A stretch of DNA of 57,233 nt, counting the filler, from Bipalium vagum (lineage: Eukaryota): assembly GCA_037834085.1 (NCBI GenBank). It is 3 parts of 3 records of this genome, joined end to end, with 100 filler letters (N's around TTAATTAATTAA, not from the genome) between each part and the next. Parts side by side here need not be neighbours in the genome. Positions count along the whole stretch, not along the records: positions 39,162 to 57,233 come from JBBMKC010041509.1; 2 more parts are not named here. One strand, written 5' to 3'. How positions within the stretch are numbered: position 1 is the stretch's first letter; each line of letters begins with the position of its first letter. Positions 39,565 through 52,739 of this stretch are shown one piece after another. The translations under genes were made by a program, and so were the position numbers. The notes under the pieces were generated by a model. That model saw nothing but the letters and a program-made list of their open reading frames with translations, was not told the origin of the DNA and did not search any database.

Positions 39565-41199
39565 AGATGAAAAATAAAGATGATTAATAAATATGAAAAA
39601 GCGAAAACCCACATATTACTCTTATATTATAATATAATCTGATTTACTTAAAATTCGATATGGTGGCCAATAAATTTGAACTTGTATAAAATAAATAATT
39701 GAATATTTAAACAGATGTTAAAATATTTAACTTGAAAATTTTATGAATACTTAATATTTTGATTTATTTTTATAATATTTTTTATTTTGATTTAGTTTAT
39801 TTGATTAAAAAGCAAATATATTTTTAAATATAACGTTTTGCTCAACAGTATACATTTTTATACATGTCCTCATATTTAAAAATTATCTACCCACGAAGAA
39901 AAATGCAGGACGAGTACTACCGTAGCATTGGATATTCGGAGGAATATGTCGAGAAACTAAGGAATGTTTCATCTTTAAAGTTCAGGTGCCACTTAACAGA
40001 CAATTATTCAGTCATCGAATGTTCTTATTAATTTCTAAAAAAATCGCTAATTCAAAGATTAGATAAAGAAAAGAAATAAAGGGTTGCTTGAAGTACAACT
40101 GGAATGAGTTTAGAGAAATTTCAGGATGATCAAAATCGTTGAAATATGAATAGCTATTTCTATTGTGATTTGTCTAAACGAAGATCAGGTAGTGGTCAAC
40201 CTTGGTCAAAGGATCTGTAAACGATCATAATCTGAGACTTCATTGCTAAGATACAATGATCAACCCTTGGACTTAAGATTAAGTATTGAGAAACACTATT
40301 TAAATTCTCCAGTAATACGATTAGGGGTTGCGAAAAATTTAATAAACGTCTCATTCGAACTGAAATTGAGATGTCATTTCAAAAGTTTATATTTTTATCA
40401 GTTTTGCTTCACTTTATGTCCACTAAAACTAAAATTCTCAAAAAAATTTATTTTGACAGTGAACTGAATCGTTGTGAGTCGAAGATCGTCACGAATGCTT
40501 GTTAAGCATTTCAGGAACAAATTTCTTTTGAAGGAAATCTTTTCTGCACACCGCAAATCTTAAATTCCTTGAAGATGTTTTGACCGAATACAACATATTA
40601 TTAAATTTAAAGTAATTGCAGTGATATTGGATGGAACAACATCATAAACGAATTAGTGGATTTTCTTCTTCCAACAAAATGATTTAATTATTCTTTCGTT
40701 TCTTCATTTTCTATTTGATTTGGTTTCTTTCTAATCATCTTTCCGATTTATTTCATAATATATTTTCAATTTCTGAAAGAAAATAATTGTCCAAACATTT
40801 AGTAAAACAATTTTGAAGGACATCATCGTTAACAAACACCTTAACAGCATCACTAATAACTTTGTTGCACTGTCATCAACTCTCAGTTTAAACCGACTAA
40901 ACTGATGAACCTTTTCTACAAAACTCAGATAATAACTGTGGCTTTTTTATAATCCAATAAACCAAAGATTATTCCTAGGAAAACAGAATATTAATTTTCG
41001 ACGACATCATGGAAATAAGAAAAACCACTGCCCAATTATTTCCGTCCAGATTTACCAGGAAAAACCCGAACCACAGTCATATCGCACAAATTTTCCTTCG
41101 GCCTTTGCTCTGAGGGCAAAATATGACTCAAGCCCTAAGAATACTTTCCCCTCATTGCTTCCATCAAACAAACCAGCGTCATTTCCAACAATAGATGAT

Positions 41200-41520
41200 A
41201 TATTCAAAATTTGAACTTCGTCTTGTCGCTGCTGTTGGTAACTGTTCTCTCTCCAGTTGGCGATTTGTTACTCCATAATAATTCTCTCTGAATATTTTTT
41301 TTAAAGACTACTTCGTTTTAGGTTTTCCTGTTTAGTTTCTTCATGTCGTATCTGCCATTGAGTACATGTATCGTAGTTTGGTCTAGACAGCAGATCTGCA
41401 TAATCTTTCCCTTTAAGGTACTAATATCTACACTGCTCAAATAACTGATCCACATTTAGAAATGGGATGTGATTGGCTTCTTTGTGCTTACCATAAATGT
41501 AATAGCCTTTTCATCTGCTC
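41200..41520 (-). mobile_element. Gypsy pol remnant (end of RNase H and linker)
   Basis: KAITFMVSTKKPITSHF*MWISYLSSVD...KGKDYADLLSRPNYDTCTQ parallels DYKALIFMNTTKNSISPQL...YRKGQHHCNSDGLS in the Gypsy at ~48640-48800. Confidence 0.6.
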
Positions 41521-42053
41521 GTAACTAAATTTTAATATATTATTTTAATGTTTATTACAAAAGCAGTTATGATTTATCATTTAATATGATCATCATTTTA
41601 TTCTTACAATTATATTTTTTATAATAATAATTATTCTTATAAATTCATCAACTGAAGCTCTAGATACATTTAAGGAACTGAAGTTGCTGTCACGTTTAAG
41701 AATTCTGTTCGAGAGATTTGTGGTTTAACTCGTTTTGTTTCATTAAAACGGTAATGGAGTGGTATAAGTGACAGTATTAAAACATATTTAAGCTTATTTC
41801 TTCCCTTTTGGTATAGTAATAATAATTAAAATAATAATAATTACAGTAAAAATAATAATAATAATAAAACAGGTCTTTCTCACAATACATGTCGAGGTTG
41901 ATAAATAAAAACAAAAATGTCCTTCCCAGTCTCTCATTTATTTTTACTTGACAAGTGTCACAAATAACGAAAAATGAGATAAGGAAAATCAATATTTGCA
42001 CTAAAAATGTCTAAATTAATGTAAGAAATTTTGGTCACTAAACAAATTCTATT

Positions 42054-42788
42054 TCAATGAAATCGCAACCATCTACCGTCTTTCTTGTATTCCCTTGGCA
42101 AAGCCGCGTCAGCGTAAATCGATAAGACACATGACATGTCTTGTGAGGCCAGGAAATAGAACGATTTGCAGAAAGAGGATTGGAGACATCTGAAAAGACA
42201 AACCAATTGACATTTTAAAAAATAAGGTATATACCTTAGAGAACATGCCACATTCGTTTTCGATTGATATTCTTTGTAACAACCTTTTTCGTCGTCTTCA
42301 TTGAAAATATTTGAAAAACTTTGCTGGAACAGTTTTGAGTGAATTTTCTTTTTCTTTTCATAAACGCAAATAAAATTTGCTCTCGATGCGCAATAATAAT
42401 TCCACAATCCGTATATTCTACGGAATTCAGAACAATCACTTTTTCCTTTATTTGGTTCAGAACTACCCCACAGCGCGGTATTTTTCATCTCACTTCCGTC
42501 TGCTTCAATCCATCCTGTCTTGGTCTGATTTCTCTCATTCCTTAGATCATTGATACCGGTGCGATACAAAAATTTATCATTTAAGCCAGACCGAATATTT
42601 ACTAATTATTTCGAAAGAGCCAATCGACCGTTATTCTCCGTACACGTTGCCCACGTCTCACAAAAAGATAAACTTTTGTTACTTAAAAATATGCAAGTGC
42701 AATTGAACAAGGACAAGGGTGCCATGCACAATAAATGCACTTTATAAGCCACATGGAAAAGATAAATAAATATTTGAAGCCAGTTCAT
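42054..42788 (-). pseudogene. Secreted C-type lectin with C-terminal Cys-rich PAN/apple-like module; one in-frame TAA (pseudogene, null allele or base error)
   Basis: Hydrophobic N-terminus MNWLQIFIYLFHVAY. CTLD features: C...GRLA, TGIND (WIGL position), W..ADGS, WGSSEPN, DC, WNYYC, FIC. ORFs 42606..42854 and 42054..42569 share one frame, separated only by TAA at 42606-42608. A 45-bp GT-AG intron (42190-42234) gives VACSLR|CLQSSFCKSFYF. Confidence 0.8.
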
Positions 42789-43526
42789 GAAAAAATGAAA
42801 TCGCTTGAAGATTCCTTGTCTTTTAAACAATTTTTCCTTATTCAACATAGACAAAAAGCACCCAATGAAATGAAATCACGTTGAGACTTTCCTGATTGGT
42901 GATGATGTCAACACGTTGATTTTCTCTTCGCCTCACGGTTTCTTTTCCCTAAGACTGATACTGTTTGAGAGATACATGCATTGAGAGAGATATAACCTGT
43001 GAAAATTAATTCTGTATTATTTGTTCTGCCCAGATAAATATAATATCAAAATAAAATAAAGGTGAATTTTCTGAGAAGTCTATATTCATGGAAGGAGGGG
43101 ATGCAGAAGGGCACTGAGACCTAAAATGGGCAGACAGAATACATACATATTTTTATTAGCATTTTTCTCATCTATCCTTCAATCATATATCCATTCATTT
43201 AACCGTTAATTTCCATAGTGACAAAAATTCACATTGATAAAAAGATTCTCTTGCCTCAGGAGAAAAGACGGCATAATAACACATTGTCAATGTAAGGCTT
43301 AAATTTTAATTAATATTAAATAAATCATAAACATTTTTAAAGTATTATATTAAAATTTATTCCTTAATGTAAAATAAGATTTTTAATAATTTTAATAAAT
43401 TTAAATTGTTTTTAAAAAATTAAATAATTTAATTAATTTTAATAAAAATTTTTTATAATTAATTTGTGTAAATAAATTATAAAAAGGACTTACTTAAAAC
43501 TTTACATTTATTTTCTTCAGATAAAA

Positions 43527-44470
43527 ATGTTAAAAAATTTTGAGTCTTCGAATTCTGAAACTGTCGATAACGTGGCAGTAACTAACATGGCGATAAACGC
43601 ATCAATGAACCTTATGCGCGAAGCGCTACACCCTGGAATTTTCAGGAAAGATGACGACATCGAAAAATTTATTAAAAGTTGCACCAAATATACTGTGCGC
43701 CAAAATTATACCCCCACTTGATATAAATATTTACATATTTATGATATATTTTGAGTGCATTAGTATCAAGAAAAAAGTTGTTAGTCGTAATCTTGATTGA
43801 TCGAGAGCTAAGGCAAGCCTATGAATGCCAAGATGAATCTTTAGTATCATAAAGATCGTCTAGGAAAGGCATTTCTGAGAAAGACAACTTTAATGCAGGA
43901 CTTGGAGGAGGCAATAAAGTACAAAAGGACAGATGAGACTTATCTATTTGTACAAGATTGTAGAATAAGTCAATGGACAAGGAACAAAGGATATAATTGT
44001 TAATAGCTGCCGAAATTTAAGAATTCAGACGAAAATTAAAGGGGCAAATTAGGCAAATCAAATGATATTTTCGAGGCAATTAAAGCAAATGATGAATTAA
44101 AGAATGATCTGAGCGAGACGGACAACATCAATGTAGTTCAGAGATACAGTGATGCCTTAAAATGGCTAGCAATTAAAAACGCGGCTAGTGAACGACAACG
44201 ACCTCAAAATTTTATTCCACAGAGAGTCAGAAATGAGGTGACACGCTGGTCCTGTCAAAAGGTGAGTCACATAAGTCAAAGATGCCCGGATAAAAAGAAA
44301 TCGTGTTACGCATGTGGATCTGATCAGCACCTGAGAAATCAGTGTGACAGGATAAGATGTACGAGGTGTGACGGGAATGGACACCGTACAGAGGAATGTT
44401 ACACAAATTTGAGACAGCAGCCTTACAGGCAAGAAAATGAAAACTTATTGTATTATATTCATACATAATA
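43527..44470 (+). mobile_element. Decayed retrotransposon gag with three CCHC zinc knuckles; Tc1-like TIR fragment inserted at ~43691
   Basis: Knuckles xWSCQKVSHISQRC, CYACGSDQHLRNQC and CTRCDGNGHRTEEC. Capsid-like FRKDDDIEKFIKSC with many stops. ta|tactgtgcgccaaaattatacccccac interrupts the frame. Confidence 0.75.
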
Positions 44471-44717
44471 AATCAATCATAGTTTTAGGCACAATATAAA
44501 ATTTACCAATTAGAAATCAGTGTTAATACTCACTACATGTTTAAATTCTGTTTGAAGAAAGGCAGTCTAAAAAATGTTGTGTTAGCCAAGGACGCACCCC
44601 TTTGTCCTTTTGAATTAATTTTTTTAATTACTGCCCTTAAGGATTGAAAATAATTTAATCATTTTTCATAAATCGTATTAGTATTATTAATTTTATTATT
44701 ATTAATATTAATATTAA

Positions 44718-44748
<31 letters not shown>

Positions 44749-45785
44749 TTCTTCCTACGAAGTAATAGCAAGAGAAACTATGAGATTTTAATATCTGTTT
44801 CCAAACAATTGAAAAATACTATTTGTTTCCCGAGAGAGAGCGGAAACGTATTTCTTCGTTTATATGTTTTTAAACTTATTTTCAGTTATATAAATGTAAT
44901 TTTATATATATTTTCTTCTATATCATTATCTTGAACTCTCGTGTATATTTTAAATGTTATTATTTATTATTTTTATATAAATTATGTTCATGTAAATGAC
45001 AATTAAGAAACATCCTATAGTGATTATTAAAGCATTACAAATCTCTCAGAGTATTATTGTTCAGAAACCAAGATAGTGAATTTTATTATTATTTAGTTTT
45101 GCTTAATCATTATTAAATATTTTAAAAAATTAATAATATAAAATTATATAAATTAAAACAATTGAAAAATGACAAGTTGTATTTTAGATTTTATTTTTGT
45201 GCTCAATGTATCCGAGAGTGCAGATAAACTTGAGGGTTGATAGGGAGTTGCACTACATCAGTGCTACATACATCGCCAAATCTCTCTCTCTATTCTTTAT
45301 TCATTTTCATTTATTCTTTTCCTATCGTCTGTCTTATCAACAGTTTTATTATCATTTCTTAGATATGACATCATTATTACGCTTTTGTAGGACTTGGTTT
45401 ACAGGGACAAAAAAGAAAGGAAATGATTCAAAAAATTACTGTTTTGTGATCCAAATTCATTTACATTTACATTGCAAAACTTTATGTTGTAAATTCAGTG
45501 ATTCTTTAATCTTTTAATATGTAAATTCTTTATAAAATATAAAACTTTATGCATGTTATGTGTATGTAATAAATAATATTTGTAATAATTAATAAATCCC
45601 GAGAAAAATAAATAAATTAAGAAAATCTAAATAATATTCTCAAAAATAACAAATAAATTAAAATAATTATAAATTTAGAAATGACGACAAAAAATAATTA
45701 CTAAAAATAAAGATAATAACTAAATAATGAAATAAATAACAAAAAAATTATAAAAAAATTAAATAAAGTAAATTTATATTACTAT

Positions 45786-45869
45786 AGTTAAGTGTTATGT
45801 AAATATTTTTGTTTGAATAAATACTTTTTATAACTCTGACGTCTTTTCAATGTGTAGTAAAGAAGAACT
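45786..45869 (+). repeat. 5' LTR (84 bp)
   Basis: agttaagtgttatgt...aataaatactttttataactctgacgtcttttcaatgtgtagtaaagaagaact, near-identical to 49203-49290 and followed by the PBS. Confidence 0.9.
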
Positions 45870-45878
45870 GGCGACCAC
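45869..45878 (+). promoter_or_regulatory. Primer binding site, compatible with a tRNA-Arg(TCG)-type 3' end
   Basis: TGGCGACCAC overlaps the last LTR base and is complementary to ...GUGGUCGCCA. The tRNA assignment is from memory of metazoan tRNA-Arg ends. Confidence 0.6.
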
Positions 45879-48800
45879 ACCGAAAATGTACATGCTATAA
45901 CCAGAAGCACGAAAAAGAAATTAGTCATGAATGCGATACCAAAAAAAAATGCATAGGAACTTTTGGGATTTCAAATCAAACCATATAACGGCAGAAGCTC
46001 TACTGAAACCGAAAGATGGTTGAAAGGTATTGAGGAATTGCACAGTATAAATGACTTATGCCATATCGTTGAATTTGATTTGCGATTATCCGACGAAGCC
46101 TCAACTTTATGGAAGAGTTTCAAGACAGAAGCAACAACAAAAGAAGAAGACAAATCGTGGTTTGCTGACAGGTTTATGGAGAAGAAACCAATAAGCGATT
46201 TAATTTGCGAATTGTCAGAAGTTAGACAGAATTCGGATGAGCAATTTGCAACTTTCGAGATCCGTATTCGGAATTTAATGAATGACATCTTTAATTCTGG
46301 ATTGTCCCAGGAAGAGATCATTACCGCATTTTTAACAAAGCTAGAAGTGCTGAACTTCGAGATGCACTTGTTTCGAAACCGAACGCCAAAGTCGAAGATA
46401 TTAGAGCTATGGCCAAACTATATGAAACACTGGAATCAAAAATGGATCAGAAGAAGGAATTTCAAGTCAATGTCGTGAGACAAAGAAGCTATGCAGAAAA
46501 TGTTCAAAGAATTTCAGCCAAAACGTTCTGATACATCTGCGTACAATCGAGTTACTCAAAGGACAACTTTAACATCTGCTCCCATAATTAAAGAAGCACA
46601 GAAAGAATATCGAAGAGATAACGGATTTAGAAGACATCAAAGACGAGAAGATAACCCAACATATTCAGAGCAACGAGAAGCATCACAATTCTCTACCAAG
46701 CATATAGCCAGACGATTTTACAACAGATGTAAAGGTATTCCAGCACCACTAGATGAATATCTGCAGCTGAATCAATGTTTTTGCTGCAGTGGTAACGATC
46801 ATGTTCGAATGCATTGTCCATTGAAAAACAAATGCCTGATTTGTGAAAAAGATGGATACTTTTTCCGTTCATGCCCGATATCTAATTCAAATCCGAGAAT
46901 TCTTAGAAGATCCGTGATGTGCATTCATGACGTAGAAGATTATTCACAAAACCAAGACGATGCTTATGAATCAGATGAAGAAAAAAAACAGGCCGACCTC
47001 CTTGCTCACATTTCGTCTGTGGGGTTAACCATTAAGATAATCACAAAATCGGAATATGACAGATGCTGAGATGTTCAAGACAGCGGATGGCAGACAGCGG
47101 AGTTGGATGAAGATAAGAGGTATGAAAATCGAAATGTTGTGGGATTCTGGAGCTTCAGTTACTGTGATGAACAAACTTCAGAATCCACGTCTAATGGAAG
47201 GTAAAATGTTGTTGAGTGGTGTATTTTCGTCTGGAGGAGAAAGACCACTTGGATAGGTCAAAAAATAAATATCTCTTGGAAGGGAAAGGAGATCGAAGTT
47301 GATATTATTGTCGTGAAGAAGCTGCAGCCCGACTTTATTGGAGGTGTCTACATTATGAAGAATTTTGGGATTCAACTGTGTGTGGTAAATAATATTGAGT
47401 CATCAGACTAGATTAAGAAAATATCTGACATAGATAGGGGAAATCAAGTAATGATAGGATTCAATCATCAAACCAGTATACCGTTGCGTAATATGTTACT
47501 ATATAGGAAAATATTCATGAGCCATTCATTTGATATTGGACACAACCGATTGGTTAAACATGACATAATTGTCACCGGCCTACCTACTGCACAGGCACCA
47601 GGTAAACAAGTAAAGCATCTTGAACCTAAAGTTGATGAGATGATTACTCAACTTTTAGATGCCGGTGTCATTTCAAAATGCAAAATTGCATGGAACTCCC
47701 CGTTCGTGGTTGTAGGAAAGAAAGATGGATCTTTCCGAATTTGCGTGGATTTCAGACGTGTAAAAGCCATTACAGAAAAATACACATTCCCAATTCCCGA
47801 CATGCAAATGCTGCTGGACTGCTTGGCTGATATAAAATATTTTTTATCAATAGATCTCGGCCAAGCCTAGTACCAAGTGGAATTGACGGATAATACTAAA
47901 TCAATGACGCATTTAGCACCAAACAACGCCAATTTTGCTTCAACCGCATGCTACCTTCCAGAAACTGATGCATGAATTTCTTGATGATTTGCTGTTCAAG
48001 AACGTACTAGTATATTTATATGATATTCTAATATACAGTACAGAAGAAACAGAACACAATGTCATTTTGGAGCGGATTGCTAAGGTTGGATTGAAGGTTA
48101 ATCCAGCAAAGTGCAAATTTCATCAACGAGTTGGTTTCTCTGGGTCACACAGTGAGTGCCGATGGAGTTAGAACTAACAAGAAGATTGAAGAAATAGTAA
48201 AAGCAAAACCACCGGGTTGCGTGTCTCAGTTGAGATCATTTCTTGGCTTGACAAACTATTAGACGTTTTATTTCCTATTATGCTGAAGTAGCAGCGCCCT
48301 TATACGCTGCTATATCAGGTGCCGATAAACAGCTTTATTGGACGGAACAATACCAGAATAGTTTCCAAGCACTGAAGAATAAACTATGTCAAGCAGCAAT
48401 TCTGGGTTTTCCAAGCAGAGATCGTGCTTTTATATTGGATACAGATGCAACCTTTGGAGCGATTTGATCTGTTTTGAGTCAGCTGAAGGAAGATGGAAGT
48501 GAAACAGTTATTGCTTATGCCACTAGACCTTTATCTATCCATGAATTGGGATATTGTGTCACCAGAAAGAGCTGTTATCAATCTATGAATTTGTTTTCCA
48601 TTTCAAGCAGTATCTATATGGAAAACAATCCATTGTGAGAATGGATTATAAAGCTTTGATTTTTATGAACACCACGAAGAACTCAATTAGTCCACAGCTA
48701 GCCAATCTATAAGAATATAATTTTGAATTGAGGTACAGAAAAGGACAACATCATTGTAACTCTGATGGCCTATCTAGTATTTCCCATTTAGTATTCTCTC

Positions 48801-49202
48801 AATGCCAAAAGAAGCGTGAACAAGTTAAGATTGAGAAGCCAAAAACAAAATACATCAGTGCCATTCATAATATTACTGCTCAATTGGAAAAAAAGCGAAC
48901 AGAAGGCCGATAAACGGATATCTGGATTTATTCAATGTCTTTCAGAAGGGAGAAGAGAATACCCTGAAGAATTGATGACAGCCTTGACCAAACTTATCCA
49001 GATACAGAGATCATTAGAGAAGCTCGCAGAAACTTAGACATTGCAGCCGATAAAATGAAGAACTTCGAAACTGATATTAGAGGTCGACATGAGTTTTCAA
49101 TTGGAGAAGAAATATTGCTACGGAAAGAGCCGCCAAACAGAAAGAAGAATGATTTCCAATATGAAGGTCCATACAAGTTCACAAACTTCTAATTGAAGGG
49201 GG

Positions 49203-49290
49203 AGTTACGTGTTATGTAATTATGTTTGTTTGGATAAATACTTTTTATAACTCTGACGTCTTTTCAATGTGTAGTAAAGAAAAACTAATT
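49203..49290 (+). repeat. 3' LTR (88 bp) preceded by polypurine tract
   Basis: gaaggggg|agttacgtgttatgt...gtagtaaagaaaaactaatt|actat. Confidence 0.9.
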
Positions 49291-49439
49291 ACTATAAATA
49301 AAAATAGGTTGAAAATAATAATATAAATTAAATTTTGTTTAATTACAAGACACAAAAAATTTTATATCAGAAATGAAATCTAGCTATTGAATTATTGATC
49401 ATAAGACCGAATATGAAGTTGCAGTGAAAATAGATACTC

Positions 49440-49650
49440 TTGAGAACGAATTCATCCGATCAGAGTGACCAGAGGTGTGAAACTAGACTTTTCCATGACC
49501 ATTTTCTGTTTGAGTATTGATTTTATTCTCAGAAAATGCGAGAGAATGTCAAATCCTTACCAGGCATTTGGATTCCCTATCACTGCACTTGCGTATGCAG
49601 ATGATTTGGTCTTCTTTGCGAAAACTGGTGAGGATTTAGAGGAAATATAA
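49440..49650 (+). mobile_element. Non-LTR retrotransposon RT fragment
   Basis: RGVKLDFSMTIFCLSIDFILRK (degenerate GVKQGDPLSxxLF) and ALAYADDLV. Confidence 0.8.
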
Positions 49651-50201
49651 ACCACACTTTGAGGAAAGATCCCGTGTCATCAATTTACACAAAATAACAT
49701 TTAGTATTTTTAAAATATGTTACTTAAGATATGTTGATTAAGATAAAGTTTTAGTAAATTCGAGATATCTTAAAATTTTTAAAATATATGAATTTTAAAG
49801 TATTTTTTATGAGTTACTTTTATTTTCTTAAAAATTAGATTTACAGGCATTTGAGAGTTCTAAGGATAATGATATAAGGCCATTAAAAAGTAATATTTAT
49901 TTTCCAATATTACTAATTTTCTAATTTCAAACTAAATGTTTTAGAACAGTTAAAGAATTAAGTAAACAGATTGCTAATTATGAAAAACTAACAAAAGAAA
50001 TTCAAGAATTGCTCTCTAGTTAAAGAACTTAGCAAATATAATTTACATTTATAAAGCGTTAAACTGCTCTTAATGTTATTTGTTCTTTTAGGAAAAATCT
50101 GAATTTTTTCTTTTGTTGTTATTTATATGTAGTTATATAAACCAGACTTTGAGGAAAGATCCCGTGTCATCAATTTGCACAAAATAACATTTAGTATTTT
50201 T
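49645..50201 (+). repeat. 67-bp direct repeat pair (49645-49711, 50135-50201); related 33-bp copy at 39294-39326
   Basis: atataaacca(c/g)actttgaggaaagatcccgtgtcatcaattt(a/g)cacaaaataacatttagtattttt, 2 mismatches between copies. Confidence 0.85.
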
Positions 50202-52349
50202 TAGTTCTTTTCACTTACTTTTTAGTACTTTTGTCACAAAATATTTCGCAAAATTATGAAATTTACACCAAATATCATTAGCACTTTTCAGTAGTTTTGA
50301 GTGATTTATTTGGCACTTTTTTTTACTATTGCGATCAAAATATTTCGGAGTCTGAAGTCAACCACTGGTTTTTATAACTACTTAGAGATATCAATCTTAA
50401 ATTTCACTACTGTAATAAAAAATTGAGATCGATGACAGAAATAATGTGAAATTATTGGATAATAATGATAAGAACCCAATTGAATTAAGAACTTAAATAA
50501 GAACCCACTTTCAAATGAATTATCACCATTCGCTATTTTATTCATAAATGAAATATTATCCAATGAGAATTGTACAAGTTTTCTTTTTTTTAATTTACTC
50601 AATTTATTCTTTTTATATGGTTATGGAACCTTTTGGAAGTGACACCCCTTGCGAGAATGTTTTTAAAATTAGAATTATCTTTTAGTTAAGAACATTTCTT
50701 CGAAGATTTTACATTCATCAAACAATGAAAAATTATCTTACCTTATATTTTATATCAAAAGTTATCCTACTATAGCAGTTATTTTAATCTTAGAATTAAT
50801 TGACTAAATTTCATTTAAAGTTAGATTAAAAAGAATAATTTTCATTAATGTTTATTATTCAGGGATTGTATGTTCATATACGTTTATCAGGTATTCAAGG
50901 TTAGCAATATTTTTAAGGTTTTATTTATAATATTATTTTGAAGTTTACCATATATATTGTAAATGTGTGTTCTCATGATATTAATTAAAGTTATTAAGAT
51001 ATGCTAAAATTAAAGTCAAGAGTTACAGTAATAAGTATATGTTTTTATGATTAAGTGGATATCGAAGTTTTATCAAGTTTTCATTATCAGCATTAACCTT
51101 GAAATGTTTAAAAAATTTCGGTGGTGCACATTTAGAAACGAATCCAAATATATTATTAAAATTACAAGGAAATCAAAGGTTTGTAAAATAATCAATATAA
51201 ACACCGAATTCTCAATTCTCTGTTAAAACTATTAATAAAAGCAATTTATGAGGATGGTCCAAGATTTTAATGTCAAAGTTTCTAATCACATGGCCAAGAA
51301 AGTCTTGATCATTGCCTTAATGTATTAGTCTCACTGTTTATATAAATAAAGACAACATTACAAAGATAAATTTATATAAATATAATATTTAATTATTTCT
51401 CACTACCACAATTTGCAAATCCACATCTAGCATCACGCGACATTTTATAAAAAATCTATGTCACATCGCGTGCTGAGGTAATTTGAAATAGATAGAGAAA
51501 GAAATAAAAACGTAATGAGAAAATTTAAACGAGATTTGAGGGCTGCAGAATAAGTACGTGAAAATTGTAATGTGCATCATTTGAATTATTAATTTATTAA
51601 TTTAAAAAGGAATTGCCAATCACCCAGAATTTCGCGAATTGAAATATGTGAAAAACGACGAGAACAGTTTTCGTCAAATACATCGCTGTCAAAAGACCAC
51701 AAAGCGAGAAACTAGAAAAAAACGTTACTCGTAGGAACTTCCTGATCACGGTTTCTTGACTTCAGAGAATATATCAATCAAAACCGACACCATGATTCGA
51801 TGATGGTGAATTGCACCAGAATCGTTGCAGGCGAGTCTCAAGAAAACATTGATATCGACAGTATTTCGGATTTGGAAATGGCTAACAATTGCCGTCACGA
51901 AGAATCAGAAATATTGGCACCGGTTGATGATTTCCGGAAGTAATTTGCGAAATTCGACATTTTTCCCCGACAATCAATCGACGCCATTCGTCAGAAAAGT
52001 CCAAGTCATATATTTTCATATAATAATAACAAAAACCATAAAATTTATTATATTAGACACACTTTGATTGGTTGGAGAGGCTAACGCCATTACGCAATTG
52101 TTGCTAGCAATGGTATTATATTTGAAAAAATTTATCGTATTTTTTCAGTATATTTTCATAGACGGACATAAAATAATATTTTATATTTTGATTCACTACT
52201 ATCAATGACGCACTTAAAATTAACATTTATTTTATATTATTGATTTTATAAAAATTTACAAATAATTTTACATAATGAGGGATTTAAATTATTTATTATA
52301 TTTATATTATTAATTAAATTATAATAAATTTATCATTTCTTTTCTCAGA

Positions 52350-52570
52350 AATTAGGCTATCGCAAATTATGCTCACGATTTGTTCCAAAGTTTCTGTCTC
52401 CTGACATGAAGGAAATGCGCTACAACGTCAAATTTACAACTGTTGAATCAATACGGTGATGCATTTATTAATAATATTGTTACTGAGGACGAGACACCTC
52501 TTTTTTTATACTTACCTGAAATCAAACGGGAATCATCCGAATGTAGAGGTAGAAGAGAAACCTCCTCTGA
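52350..52570 (+). mobile_element. Mariner transposase fragment
   Basis: LGYRKLCSRFVPKFLSPDMKEMR and NIVTEDETPLFLYLPEIKRES. Confidence 0.75.
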
Positions 52571-52739
52571 AGATGAGAATAGATAGGGTTGTTGTGCCAA
52601 CTCTCCAACTCCGATAACAAATATTAAAATTTCATACAAACAATTCCTTCTCAACATCATAAAAAAAATCGTTGCTATAATCAGACACATAAGCATAAGA
52701 AAGTGTAAACTTATAATTACTTCAGAGTGAAAATAACAT

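Larger units (their letters stand above)
45786..49290 (+). mobile_element. Ty3/Gypsy LTR retrotransposon, decayed, integrase core absent
   Basis: Gag with CFCCSGNDHVRMHC and CLICEKDGYFFRSC; protease LWDSGAS; RT WNSPFVVVGKKDGSFRICVDFR, IDLGQA and YLYDIL; RNase H LDTDA; terminal EGPYKF. LTRs at 45786-45869 and 49203-49290, PBS TGGCGACCAC, PPT gaaggggg, ACTAT on both flanks. Confidence 0.95.

Noticed and set aside
41777-42001. Small secreted peptide ORF
   Set aside because: It has a GTG start, runs into a TAT/TAA low-complexity tract, and is probably lectin 3' flank.
9356-42608. Alternative genetic code (TAA/TAG read as sense), suggested by in-frame stops in CSRNP and the lectin
   Set aside because: The 305-codon exon (33363-34277) and the CSRNP ORF contain many Gln/Glu codons and no internal TAR. 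Reassignment in such AT-rich DNA would scatter them throughout.
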